Assembly: GCA_040954595.2 (NCBI GenBank)
Contig: CM082583.2
Coordinates: forward strand, 9,995,656 to 10,059,655
DNA from: Balanoglossus misakiensis
Taxonomy: Eukaryota; Animalia; Hemichordata
Direction: 5' to 3'
Length of the DNA stretch: 64,000 bases
Shown one piece after another: positions 35,552 through 49,278 of this stretch. Position numbers and translations under genes: made by a program. Numbering within the stretch: the first letter of the stretch is position 1; each line of letters begins with the position of its first letter. The notes under the pieces were generated by a model that worked only from the letters and a program-made list of their open reading frames with translations, ran no database searches and had not been told where the DNA came from.

Positions 35552-37677
35552 TCTGTTAAATAGAAAAATAGTTAGAGACTTTGAATGTGTTTGGTAAAAT
35601 TCTGTATTTCATGTGACCAGTGTTACAATTAGTGAGTGGTTTTTGTTTGCTTTTGGACAGTTGAAGTCTTCTGCGGCTTGTTATAAGCTTTTAGAAGACT
35701 CCCTGTGTTGTGACATCATTGCACATGCACTCCTTGTGTGCTCTGGGATTGGTAGACAGAAGCTGTCATGGCCATCCGTAGAATTCAGTTCATCCTGAAT
35801 TTCATAGAATCCCTAGCTGTAGAGCATGGCACAAGGCAAATCTTGGGGAATGGTCTTACCATTACTACACCTGGATTGTGCTAATCTTACTTGTAAATAA
35901 AGTGATTATCAAGCTTGGAAATAACTGGGACATACTTATTGGCAGTTAGACTTGAGACTTTCATCATCATGTGGGCAGCCTGATGTAGGAATGCTAATGT
36001 ACCAAGACGTGAAGTCAGTGTGCAGAAATAACTAGCAAGGAGATATCTGAGCGAGTACAGTATTTAATTTATTCAGCAATGAAACTAAAATTTGTCCAAT
36101 TTCTCCAAATCTGTTATTAAGTAGCAAGTCTTATTTGTTTCTCTCAAGTTACATACAAGATGGCTGTGCACATATTTTGTGGAGTTCAAGTGCATGTTCT
36201 CGTTTGGCTCTGAGGTGACATCTGAGTGACCTAGTCAACAAGAAACATCAAAACATGTAATGCAAGGTGCTGAAGATTCTCAAAAGACTTGATATCTAAA
36301 GTTGCCACAAATACACATGTAGTACAAAATGTGCTTTAGAAAGCATCCATACAAAACACTGATTTAAGAAGATTTAAAATTCAGCCATAGATATAATTCT
36401 ATACATGGAACAGTTACAGTAAATAAAACTCAATTCAGAATGACAATTTGGACAACAATAATTATTCTTAGGACAGGCAATTTACAAGTACTTAAATTAA
36501 AATTATAAATATAAAGAAGTCTTCAAAATAAATAACTTTCAAAAAATCAAAATTTACAAAAAATGCAATTTAAAAAAATAGTTGCTTTGATGTTATAAAT
36601 GGGTGGATTGTCGCATGAACTCAGTTCAGAACATACAAACAAAATCAAAATTAACAAAGTTGGTGATAAACAGGTGAATGTGCTTTCATTCATATAAAAG
36701 CATGCAGGGAATGTTTAGGGACGGTGACAGCTTCCATTTTGCCCAAAACGGGTCTTTGCCTGACCCTAACCAGCTCCATGGTAGGCATTCAGAATATACT
36801 AACCAAAAATACGAAGTGACTACAATATAAAACACCTTGAAAAAAATCATTTTACAAAACTAGACATTTCAATACAAAATATACAGTTCAAGCCACTATT
36901 CAGCGCAAAAAAATTAACATTAAATCAAAATGACTAATTGACATTTTACCACACTTTAAGTATCTCTTGATTATTACAATCAGCACACAACTATTTTAGA
37001 GGAAAATGATAAAAAAATTCTGTTTTGATTCAGCTTGGTAATTAAAGTTACTGTTGTGATAATTTAGAATATTATAATATGGTCTGTGGATGATAATGTA
37101 CACAACACAGCTCTTAATGAATGTCAATTGTTCTAGATGATTCTCAAAAATCTACAAAAAACCTAGTTTAAAGATATTCCCCATTGCAAGATACTTTCAA
37201 TGTCATCATGGTTTGAGGGTGCACTCTGTGATACCCTCATCTTGCGCAGTACCTTGTGTCTACCCTATGTGATAAAAATCTTCAGACACGTACAAAAACT
37301 ATTTCAACATCTTGGAAAAATCCTACTTCCTGTAAAAGTTGTATATAATCATACAAATATTACAAATTCAAAAGTGATGAACTTTTTTAAGATTCTGCCT
37401 TCACTGATCACGTATTCGTCAAATTTTGTTTACTTCAAACTTGGTGTTTAATTTTGAACTTGGCAAGCTGGATGGAATATTGGTGTCTCTGTATACATCA
37501 ATAGATGAATTCTAAGTTTGTTATAAAATGGCAAAACATGCAACATTACTACACAAAATGTATTTTCCATGTTGGCCATTTTGGGCACAACATGGACCAG
37601 TCTATGATAAACATGCTGCAGAAGCGTTACAATGATTTCCCCATTTAACCATCTTGACAAAAAAAAAACACGCACTG

Positions 37678-39081
37678 CTATATCCTGCCTTCGCCATCTT
37701 TGATTTCTATTCCTTGAAGGAAATACACCAGTCTCTGAAATCCGCCTCTGGCTCCCTCGACATCGGAGAATGAACACGGGTGAATCAGCCATTTTCTACC
37801 GACAGCCTTCTCTTCCAATGCCAAGTCCTTAATGAGCTGTTAAGAAAAACAAGAGGCATGGCATTATGGTTCCTTCAGTTGACACTTAATCAAGTACAAG
37901 ATGCTAATAATACTTGTGTGTTTATTCACCTGAGCTACATTCCTGGCACTGGCCTGGTCTTGGTAGCTAGCAAGAACCAGTAGCGGTAAGCCCTTCAACG
38001 ACGCATGTCCCAGGATTTTGTGCAACTCGGAGGTTACAACCTGCAGGTCCTCATCTGAACAGGAGCTGTCCATCACAAAGACCACACCCTCTGTGTTGTC
38101 ATAGTAACGGTCCCAAAACTGGCGTACATTTTCATTACCTGGAATATATTCATTTATAAAGAACTGTCAGTGTATCTAGAATGTGGATACTTATTTATGC
38201 TTCCTTTGTGTGACAGGGTTCTGGAGCTGAAGACTTCTGGCCAAAATCCAATGTTTGTTTTTTGTATAAAAGGTTTCAAACTCAAGGCATCTCATTTATA
38301 CTGGTACATATACCTTACCTCCTATTTCTTTGACATTAAGCATTGCATCTTTAAAAGACAATGCTTTGATGTTGAAACCTAAAAGAAAACAAAACATACA
38401 AGTGTCTAATGTGAATATCAGAATTTTGAAATTGTCACCAATGTAAACACCCAGTAAAAAGTAGAAGAGGGGTTTCTCACGAATAACACTTTTTTCCTCC
38501 CTTGCCCTAAATCATGCACTTTAGAAACACACTTGCTTTCTCTTACCCTGAGTTGGTTGAATATCATCAGGCTTCTCGCCACACAGCAACGTCAACAAAG
38601 TAGTTTTGCCAGCCTTCGTTAGACCTAAACATATCACATTAAACTCTTGTTTGGGGGCAGGGAGTGGCTTGCAGCAAAGTTTACGATATAACTGTTGAGA
38701 GATGGAAGCATGTGGGATAGTTAAATACCATGATTTAATCTTCACAGTTATTAAGCACAGTTTGTTTTGTGGATGTTAAAACATTTGTCAACTCAGAAGA
38801 TGATTAAGTCCATCTTTAAATTGCCCTGATGGCTTGATTGACATCAACACCTGTGTATTACATGTGAAAGTCACATGGGAGACTTTTGACTATGCAACAC
38901 GTATTTTGACAGGTAAACTCGAGATTATAAGATCTACAAGTGCAGGATACTGTACTGTGTACATGACATTGACAGGCTTTCATTTAGTGACAGGCTTTCG
39001 TTATTTAGTTGGACTCACTGTAAAGCAGGCTATTCTGCAAACGCCACAACACATGCCAAGGTATTCTCCAATTCCTGGCAT
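37678..39081 (-). CDS. ARL15: ADP-ribosylation factor-like GTPase 15, ~211 aa
   Basis: Minus-strand exons 39081-39019, 38691-38547, 38378-38319, 38138-37930, 37836-37678; total 636 nt. LCCKPLPAPKQEFNVICLGLTKAGKTTLL (P-loop with the ARL15-type LCCK motif), GFNIKAL...LNVKEIGG, WDRYY...GVVFVMDS, GRKWLIHPCS. Confidence 0.93.
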
Positions 39082-39935
39082 CTTCACGTCATCTTATAGA
39101 AAACAACAATTATTGGAACTGAATCAGATATTATAAACCGACAAAAAACGGAATACCAAGTAATAATTGAAGATGTGTTTGGAATAGAATTGGCTGTTGA
39201 TTGGTTTCGGATTCACATTTTCATGACATTTTCTCTTCAGAGCTTTTGTTCAAAAATGGGACGCAATCTGGGATCTTAGACTGGGATCCCTGGTCAAGCT
39301 AATCAAACTCATCATGCAAATACAAACATCATTAACTAAAAAGCTAAAATTATGAAGATTAATGAGATTTTTCTATGGGGAGAAACAGAACAGCTACGTG
39401 GTGGTGCAGCTATGTGACTAAATACACTTCTGCATGAAAACACATTTATCCATGTGAAATATTGGTATTGGACAATACATATAAATATTTCTTAATTGTT
39501 CTTTCCATCCTTGCTCTTATATTATCAAACTGCGCAAGGAAATCTACTAATATTCCCTGCGAAATATGAATTTGACTGTGACGATGAATCTGATTTTGCT
39601 TCTAAAGTCACTTGCACACCGGAGTCAAGATATAATGCACAAACAAGCAATAAAAAAGTCGCGCACTTGGCGAGATAATACGGGATTGTATTGGTTACTC
39701 GGGTTACGTTTGCCCGGTAGACGCCGGGTGCTTCATCTGAGATTGATAAACACTTTATTCGTATTCTATAGTAGTGTACAAAATTATGGGGTCGAATACC
39801 ATTAGCCGTATAGGCCAGACTACTGTGTAGTGACATGTACAAGATATGAAAAAGTCGCATAAATTTTCGATTTCTCATTGCGCATGTCATCATATTTTAC
39901 GTGACGTCATCGGGGAAGACTGAACCACGATCAAG
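39082..39935. promoter_or_regulatory. Putative bidirectional promoter region between ARL15 (-) and RNF115/126 (+)
   Basis: Head-to-head start codons ~0.85 kb apart. A full CRE (TGACGTCA) lies at 39902-39909 and a YY1-like AAGATGGCG overlaps the RNF ATG. Confidence 0.55.
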
Positions 39936-42900
39936 ATGGCGGAAGCATCGATTCACGAGAACTCGGATTCACCGCGGTCTAGATTCTTCTGTCATTCATG
40001 TACTCGTGAAATTAGCCCCAAATTACCAGTGAGTATGAAATGTTGGTTATTATTATTCTCAATTTTTAGTCCGGGAGATCGATGGAGCAAGTGTAAGGAT
40101 ACCAGTAAAAGGTTGTCATTGAAATGTACATGTACCGTCGGTTTGGATTTGGAGGTTAGATTTACAATATGTACGATCGAAAAAGAACCGTCATTAAAGT
40201 CAGATGTTACAGTTATAACACGCCCTTTGGACCACCGGTCCATTGGTGTTACAATATTGTATAGAGAAGGCATCTTTGTGATTTTGCCGGATACTGTGGA
40301 TTGTTAACTCAGTACCTTACAGATTTAAATGGTAAACTGTATCTGTTTCGATATGTATGCCAAGCCGAGTGTGGCGAGGGGCAGCCCCCCCCCCCCCCCG
40401 GCCCCCAATAATTTCGACAACCGCATAGCACCGGGCATACCAGGATAAGAGATCATGTAGGGGTCAGGAAAATGGCTAATATTGTGACCCATTGCAGTGC
40501 GATGCACAAAATTTAAAAGGAAAATAGTACTAGTAATTAGTAGCCTGGTTGTCATGTAACTCTTACCGGTACTTGTAGGTTTGTATATGCTTGGATATTT
40601 TTAGTACTTCATTAATATGCAACTTCTCCAAAACAGTGTCGAATTAAAGGAACTACATGTAGGGCATTATCCATGAATTTGGTAATTGAATCGAAACTCA
40701 TTATAATAACAATGATTGCAACCACCAGGACATAGTCAATCTCCCCATGAACATGAACCAGCAACTTTGTAAAACATACTAAATGTATCTGTAATCTTTT
40801 GAACTTACAGTGCCCTACTTTACACCCCTGTGATTACAAACTTTGACATTAAAGGTTTACAGTCACCTATTTTAAGTGTAATATTTATGATATTCCGATT
40901 TATTTCAACAGGACTATACCTGTCCAAGATGTGACACAGGATTCATCGAAGAATTAAGCAAGTAAGTACATTGTATGTGCAGAAGCATTGGGGGAAGAGG
41001 GAGGGGAGGAGGAGTAGCAAAGACTGTCAGGAGAAAATAAGTCTCTTTATGATATGAGCTGCCTTGTGGCCTTGGACTGAAACATGGCTTAAAATTTGTT
41101 CTTCCTTCATCTCATGCTTTGAAGTTTCATTTGTCATGGAAGCACAGCCTCTGAGCTGCAACGACAATCTTTGGTGAAACCTTACATTTGTATCAAGAAA
41201 ATTACAGCAAGGTTTTGTGTTTTGTAGTCTTGTGCATTTGGAAAGTAACACTACTCCTTGCAGTGACCTCACAGACTGTCCTTGCTGTTCAAGCAGCCAT
41301 AATTCTGAACAAAAGAGACATGCTTTGCGTTGATCTTATTGTGTAATGTTTGAATCACTATCTAGCAGTAAGAGTTTATGATGCTCATGTGATTAATGCA
41401 CAAGTACAATAGAAGGGCTGACGTGTCATCTCGAAAAGGTTCCAATAATAGGAAGTGATAAGAAAAAGCCCATTTCCAACACAGAAATGACCTTCAGGGA
41501 ACCCCTACAGTGGCTTTAAATTAAGAGAACTTGAAACTGACCATCTGACTTTTTTTCCTCTAATTCTTTGACTGTATTCCCAATTCCTTACAGTGACATA
41601 ACAGAAGACAGTGTGAGTAGTTCAGACCACGATCCAGCTGCACAGTTTGCAGAGGTATGAACTTTTTGTTGTCTTTTCAAACAATTTTCAAGACTGTTGC
41701 CTGACCAATGCAGTGTAGTGATAATCGAAAGAGGACCATGCTCTATGTAGAATGAAGAATGGTTATGTGTGTGTTTCATGTTGTTCATATCGATTTGCTT
41801 CTCGTCTGTCTTCATCAGCTTTGGAGTAGGGCTTTCCTGGAGACACTTTCGCCGCCCAATCATAGTCACACTCACACCCACAGTCATGAGGACAGCAGCA
41901 GTTCCGCATCATCGTCGTCCAGTGAAAACCAGGATAACAGAGAGACGGAGAGAGCTGAAAGGGAGAGGAGAAACCGTTTTCCGGGCACTAGGATATCGTT
42001 TCGGAGGTCAAATTCCAGGAATGACAGGGCAAGAGCAATAGATATGTAAGTTCTCAAGTCGGCTGGCATGAAACTTAACCAGATTTTGTTGCAGTGTGTT
42101 ATGATGAGATAGCTTTGTGTAAAACCTACCTTGATGCACCTTTTACAAAGTTAACTTTTATAGTGCTGTGTTGTGTTACGTACTGAGATGCAGCTGTGAA
42201 GTACTGTTCATAGTACTGTGATGCACTTTGCCTATGTGCGGTAAAGATTGCCTATGCATTACTTGACTTTGGTTTGTTTGTTGACAGGATTCTTCAACAA
42301 TTGCTAGGGGGTCTCGGAGGGGCTGCAGTGTTTCAGGCAGGCCCAGCAGGATTTCCAATGTAAGTACACAGTGAAATAGCTACATGTTATCAAGTTATTA
42401 GTGTATGCTGTCTCACTGTAATATTCATGTATAAGGCAAAACCAATCAGACACACTTTGAGGTTTCTCATTGGAAAGTACCTTATTGAAACAAAAAACAC
42501 TTACATTTCTTCTAACTCTCTTTCCTTTGTTCATCTAGTCAAATGTTGAATCTCCATGGCAACCCTGGTGATTATGCATGGGGCACTGGAGGACTAGACA
42601 CAATTATTACACAGGTAGGAGAGAAACTCTGACATGTCTGACATACTAAAATAATATTAATTTAATTTAAGAGCTTCTTGAGATGCTGTATACGATGAAA
42701 AAAAATCCATATGGTTGCATTGCCGATTTCTTGTGAAATAATTTGATTTTTGCATTCATTTCCTCAAAGTGATGTAATTGTGTTAAATTTCTAACATACT
42801 TTTTTGTCTTTTCGCAACCAGCTATTAAATAATCTTGAAGGAACGGGGCCTCCTCCCGCAGATAAGGAGAAGATATCTCAACTTCCTCGAGCTAAAATTA

Positions 42901-43544
42901 CGAAAGAAGATACAGGTTAGTAACGTCACGTAGAAAGCTGTAATCCACCTAGCTCTGGTCCATTTCTATTTTCTTGAGTAATGTGGCCAGTGATACTATA
43001 ATAGATGGTAGTTCCTGATTTATACGTATTCTCTGTTTGCAGACAAAAATTTAGATTGCTCAGTGTGCAAGGAAGATTTTGTCTTGGACGAACCTGTCAG
43101 AATACTTCCATGTCAACACAAGTTCCACAATGACTGCATTATACCATGGTTAGAATTAGTAAGTATGCTTCCTCAGTTTTACTACGTCTGAAGTTGCTCC
43201 CTTTCCAGCTGTGTGCTGCCCTCTCTGGCCATGGTTGATCTCTCGCTTGCTGCATCAACCTGATTGGTTTTAGATATACGTAGATACAGCACTTGAAGAG
43301 AAAAAGAAAAGACTAAACCACAAGACGAGTGTTCACAGGATCTAACCTACAGTTGTGGTTTGTCTTGCAGCATAACACGTGTCCAGTTTGTCGCAAAGGA
43401 ATTGATGACGACTCAAATAAGAAGTCAGACGAGAGCGGCTCAGACGGAAACAACAGCACGGGAAACAACGGCGGTACGTCAGCGTCGTCAAGGCATACTA
43501 GGTCGGGAGGTTCTGTCTATGATTTCCAAGACGAATACGATTAA
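39936..43544 (+). CDS. RNF115/RNF126: E3 ubiquitin ligase of the RNF115/RNF126 family (N-terminal C4 zinc ribbon plus RING-H2), ~320 aa
   Basis: Exons 39936-40028, 40912-40961, 41594-41654, 41819-42045, 42288-42359, 42539-42614, 42822-42915, 43043-43158, 43371-43544; total 963 nt. Motifs: RFFCHSC...[55 protein letters not shown]...[27 protein letters not shown]. Confidence 0.95.
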
Positions 43545-46500
43545 TCAATAAAATTAAGCCACGTCTCCAAAAAAGTGTAGAAATCAAAACTCTATGGTTT
43601 GTCTGTAACAAGTCGTACAGAAGGAATGTTGACATAATGTAACTATTTTTCTCTCCGACCTCGCGATTTGGCCGACTTCCTGATTGGTGAAGTTGACATA
43701 CTACAATGGCAGGGGATGGGAAGAAAAAAAAATTAGTCTTAAACCTACAGTTTAATTTTTAAGAAAGTGCATAGATAATAGTGGACTACTGCTGATCCAG
43801 CCATCACCATGCTGATGTATAATGTATATAAACCGTCGGAATCACTGAAGAAGATGGCCATATCTGGATACAAACTGATAACTCATCTGCACTTGTAGTG
43901 ATATGCTTGATGCGTGTATTAGACAGACTGGTCCACTTAGTTTTGAGTCGTAACAGATATTACGAAGACACTTGGTCTCACGAATCCATTAGTAAAACTG
44001 ACTTTAAGCCAAATAATTTTAAGGAGCAAACAGACATATTTGTACTTGTTATACTTTTAGGGGGACGAGGGGTTTCTTTGTTTTGTCAGTGTAAGAGTAT
44101 TGAAGTATCCGTGTTTGCCGTTTGTGGTGAATTTTCCACCCATATTTTAATTTATGCAATCATTTCGTGTGGTTACCATATTCTGTAGAGTCCTGAGAGA
44201 AATTTTTAGGGGAAACTCAAATTCAGATCCTCAAACTGGAATGCTAATCCTGGGTGTCTGCATGCACTTTGTGAATCTATAATTTTATACACACACAGGT
44301 GTAACAAGACAAAGAATATTTACATGTTGTAGCTACTGTAAACTGTATCACGAACTCGCTTTACACACATATGGACAAGTCTAGCGCCCTCACACAGCCA
44401 TCATGAATTTGAACTCAAAGCATGATGGAGAAAAGTTAACCAATCAAGCTGCGATGTCACCCGCTCAGCAAAGGAAACAAATGATCACTAGTAATCAGAC
44501 CAGCTTTGCTAGAGAAAATGTTATACTGGTCTGATACACCAAGATTTCACCACTCATCACAGTTTGTAGATATAAAATGTATTTGATTTCCTGATATTGT
44601 AATGTGTGTAAAATTTAAAGCTGAGAATACTAAATACTAAAATGTCCATTATGGGAGAGTGCGCCAGACCTCAACAAAAACCAAAGATCAAAAACTGGAC
44701 AACGGCAGTCTTAAGAAATCTCAACACTGCATACTATTTGCGTTCACGTGTGACCATGGTAACTGTCTCCTGTGGCATCAAATGAACTTGCTAGTAAATC
44801 TATTTCAGCCTTTTCTGTTGTTAAAGGCCTTTTCCAAGAAAGCCTTTGTGTTAGCACTATCTGTTTATTGGAAACAAAAGATGTGACCCACTGTTGAGCA
44901 AGGCCTTTAAAGAAAAGTCAGGCTCTTTCTGATACAGCTTTATTTATGCAGAAAACTGAATATTCCCTGTTTGCACATCGTCTATTGTTTTATTTGTTAC
45001 TTTTTATGGAGTATTGTAATATAAGAAATTTTTTGTTGTTGAATGTGACGGGTGAAGCTTAAAACCCATGTGTATATCAATATTTCTAACACACAGAATA
45101 TTCCGACTATTTGTAAATAATCAATACCACAGTATGTCTGTGTTTGCTTCTTTTTTTTTTCATTCCCTCTAACTGACAACAAAGAGATGATGTCAGTGGT
45201 ATTCTGTGATCTGATTGGCTCTTGAAATATTTCTATTAAAAAGCTCAGTACTCGTAAAATAGAGGTTTTGTGTTTTATCCGTCAGTGTCCCTTGACCTCC
45301 ACCCACCGCCTGCAATCCTGCCCCAATGGTATCGTTTGGTGGCGCTATGCGAAGTGTTTGCCCATGCCCAGCGGTGGAACTGGTCAGTCAGGGAACCAGA
45401 CTACAGACAACATGTGGTTGAAGACCATAAAAGTGACATTTGCTTTGATGACACGCCTTTGTGCACCTCGAGTTTTGTACAATCCGCGTCGCCATGGTAC
45501 ATAGACGATGGATTTTTACCTTTCCAACCACTCAGATTCCAACCACATACTTGTGGGAGCGCGCCTCTTGCAGCACTGCATATATCAAAGCAACGCTGTA
45601 TTTATGTTCGCAGAGAAACCAAATTGAACATATAAAAAGGAGATTTAAAGCGTGCGGATATTTTTGACCAAGGTTAAATGAACCATGGATAATTAAAACG
45701 TGCGCATGATATTAACGAAACTAATTGCACCTGACCTCAACCCTTCTGCTGAAGGGTAAAGTCATTGTCGCGAGCCAGAGTCAGGCAACTCAGAAACTGT
45801 TGCCGTAAGGAAGTCGTGGTTACGACGATGGGTACGGTTGGCATTGCGTGCAGTACTTGTGGAACTTAGAGAAAACGTCAATTTAATGCGTATTTGCGCA
45901 CAATAATCGAAACGATGCAGTCGAACCACAATATTATTTTTCACGCCCCAAACACCAAACATTTACTGACGGACACAACCGAATACAGTCACTTTTCGCT
46001 TAGGGAAGATTGCTTATTGGCCTATTTCTACAGTATAGAACATCGTCTTTATTTAAAATTCGAACACCGACCTCGACCCGTCATTAAATAGAGGGGAAAT
46101 TGATATAAACATATAATTTTATTTCTTAACAGCTATTTAGCCATTTCCTGTTTGTGTTTGACATCAGACGTGTTATTCTAAGAGTATTTTCAGGGGAAAT
46201 AAACATAGCCTCAAATTAATTTTATCTTTAACATCTTGTTCTACTCTTTCACCGAATGACGTTAAATCGAATTGGTTCTGGTGACCCTTTTTATGCGTTT
46301 TTAAATTAATACATAGATCTAACTCCACAACGAACACACATTTACGGTAAAAGGGAAACGAAACGGGGGTGGGGCAGCGCAGATTGCGAAAGCATACTTT
46401 GTGTCTAATAGGCTTATTTCGACAAATTGCTTACCAACTTCGCGTGACAAGTCGTGCGGTTATAAGGAAGATCCTGAACTGGTAGAGTACTGGGCAAAGT

Positions 46501-47918
46501 GTTTGAAGTTGATCCCGACGTCTGATTCCGGCAAATGAAAGGAGCTGGAGGCGCAGTTTAGCTTTCTCTGTGGTTTTTATTCTTTCCTTGAAAAGTTATA
46601 CATCATGTATACCAAATTTTCAAGCTATATTGCCGATCTTCATGCTGTCTATTATCAATGTACGGTAGTGTGCGGGCATGTAGTCTTATGTTTCTTGCCA
46701 GTTCGTGACGTCGCTACCTCATGTGAACTTGTGGGATCGTGAATTCGTGATTGCCGCAGTGGTTTCGTCTGATTTTCGCCCACGTGTGCATTGGAGTAAG
46801 AGATTCGTGACATTCACCCGTTGAATTGTCTGTTTACCAGTCGTTTTATAATATTTAACATAAGTTGCCAGTCGGTGTATGCAATGACGCTGTTGGTTGA
46901 GAATGACTTTTTTGCGCCTGAACGTGCAATTGCCAATAGTTACATCATACAGTTCCCATCATTTGGCATCATTATTTGGGTTGTCTGTGAGTCCAGCGAT
47001 TTTTAAAAGTTACGATCACAAGCGGGTTATCATGATTCAAGTCTGCATTAACTTCACTTGACTGTCAATCATGACAAATTGTCAGATTATTTCTTTTTTG
47101 CCATGTAAGTAGGCGACGGTACCAAAACGTTTCGAGTACCATCAATTCAGTCAGTTGCGACTTCTTCGCTAGGGAGCACGTTTAACTTTTACAACAGCAA
47201 AATGTTTCAACTAATAGAAGATCTATGGGCATCACTTGGCCTATGCATGGGTGTTCCACGTGGCCACAGAACAGACGTATGGTGATTTTACACGTCGACT
47301 GATTTTTTTCTTCTCGGAAATGTTTTGCGCATTGACCGATTAAAATCATTCGAATCGGTGCCGGGTTTTACAATGTGATAAAAAGACACTCGATAAAGAA
47401 CATTGACATATTTCCATGAATTAATTGATTACATTCGTGGGCACAACACGCTATGGCGCACTATAGGCTTAATTACATGTAGGGCCTAGGTAGGTGTCTC
47501 ACGATATGTAGCCTACATTTATCATAGGTTTAGAACTAGGGAAAGCCGTACTGAGTCTGAATCTCTCCTGCAATAACCCTACAAACCTACAAATAGTGAT
47601 TTATTTTCCTTCCTTGCATATCTACCTGGACTCAAACAACGCTGCATGTAAGATAAAGAGAACTCTGACAAGGTCACAATAGTTTCCTTAGCTGATCCGC
47701 AAATCTGTTCAAACATGATCCTCGTTGCTATGGCTACGCACTGATGAACACTGAGCCTATACTCTTATGCAATCAGAAAGATTTTAAATTCATGTTCCCT
47801 ATGTCAATTAGTTACTAGTTAATAGTAGTTCACCAGGTTTATGAGTGTACTTACTACTACTAGTACTACATAATTCATTAGGCAGTATTTGTACTTGTAC
47901 AAGTGTTCCTCCCACTAC

Positions 47919-47934
47919 TATGTGACGTCACATA
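47919..47934. promoter_or_regulatory. Extended palindromic CRE upstream of unc-13
   Basis: Perfect 16-bp palindrome TATGTGACGTCACATA containing TGACGTCA, ~175 nt upstream of the unc-13 ATG. Confidence 0.55.
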
Positions 47935-48108
47935 TAGATGCTCTGATTGACTTGAGAGAGCGAAGATGGCGGAGGCGACACATACATAGCAATGGACACG
48001 GCACTTGCTCATTTTAAAGCCTTAGTACGCGAAGCCTGTCACTGTCTAAGCGTTGTCGACAGTATGAACACGTAGTTTGTAGCTGGAGAAGTCAACGCGC
48101 CTAAAAAT

Positions 48109-48827
48109 ATGTCTTTGCTATGTGTTTGCGGTGAGTGTTGTTGACTTGTGATCCTTTCTCTCAGAGATATAGATAGTGTTGTGATTTCGATTGCGGCCTC
48201 AGCTCCGTTGGCTCAGCGGCAAATTCTAATATATTTAACTCATTTTTTGTATCACTTCTTATTTTCCAGTCAAAGCAGCGAGATTAACAGGAGCCGCAGG
48301 TATGTGTAAATTTAAAAATCAGTTTTTAGAAAATGTGCTGGTAGCCGTAAAATATATTTCAACGCGTAGTGTGATGTCGTCTGTATATACCTGCAGCAGG
48401 CAACTCAGCACAGTAGCGTTTTACGTGCGTGATTTGGAGGCGCGCCGGGTGAATCCGTACACGTTCACTAGGGAGCTCCACGCATCATGCGTACCGGCAT
48501 ACAAATCTAGAATTCACTCTTCATAATTAAAAAAGAAGCAGTAGAATCGGTCGGTCGATCGGTAATAATTTGCAGCCGACCGTGAAATACTGCCGCAGTG
48601 ATAACACACGATATTACGTAAATTCACAACAAACCGTACACTAGCTACTACGCACTATTTGCCTTTTTCCATATATTTGCTCTACATCATTTCCCTGATA
48701 AATATTCTCTCGTTGTCTTGTCAACAGACAAATTTAACTCGTATGTCACCCTGAAACTTCAGAATGTAAAATCAACAACAATAGCCGTCAAAGGAAACAA
48801 TCCGAACTGGGAACAGGATTTCATGTT
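48109..48827 (+). CDS. unc-13: unc-13/Munc13 synaptic priming factor, first three coding exons (start of the C2A domain); gene continues beyond the window
   Basis: Exons 48109-48130 (22 nt), 48270-48299 (30 nt) and 48728-48827 (100 nt) give [51 protein letters not shown], matching the UNC13 N-terminus (MSLLCVGVKKA...[30 protein letters not shown]). The next C2A exon was not found up to 64000. Confidence 0.94.
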
Positions 48828-48919
48828 GTAAGTACCGAAACCTCAAATACATCCTGATGGCGCGATTCAGCCAATAGCTTTTCCGTATCAACGTAACCGT
48901 GTTGTGAAATCGACATCAA

Positions 48920-49118
48920 GGGACAGGTCAGTTTCTTCGGCGGGGTGGGTGGGTGGGTTCGACTTCGTGGATATCAGAAATGGACTGACCCTGCCCTCAT
49001 TGAAAGTGAGTGGTGGTTGACCATCCTGGTGACCCCTATCACCCAATTCCAAGACAGGGTGACCCCTAATGAATCCACCAATCCAATGGCACCCCATATG
49101 AAGAAACTGACATGTCCC
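48920..49118. mobile_element. PIF/Harbinger-like MITE, copy 1
   Basis: TIRs GGGACAGGTCAGTTTCTTC / GAAGAAACTGACATGTCCC, flanked by CAA and TAA (degenerate 3-bp TWA TSD). Confidence 0.75.
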
Positions 49119-49278
49119 TAAGGATGCATCAATCTTTATACCAGCCCAACATGGTTGTAAATTTAACCTCCTTTTATTTTGTTGACTATAATATTATGGA
49201 ATATGCATTCACACACAGTAGCACTTGCCATGGTTCAGTCCAAACCATTAGTTTTCTATAGTAAGGTTGGACTTCTAA

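Noticed and set aside
45268-45667. Slightly GC-richer patch with overlapping ORFs of 68-121 aa and an acceptor-like site near 45285
   Set aside because: No recognisable protein in the frames examined on either strand and no coherent exon chain. It could be a repeat fragment; BLASTX would settle it.
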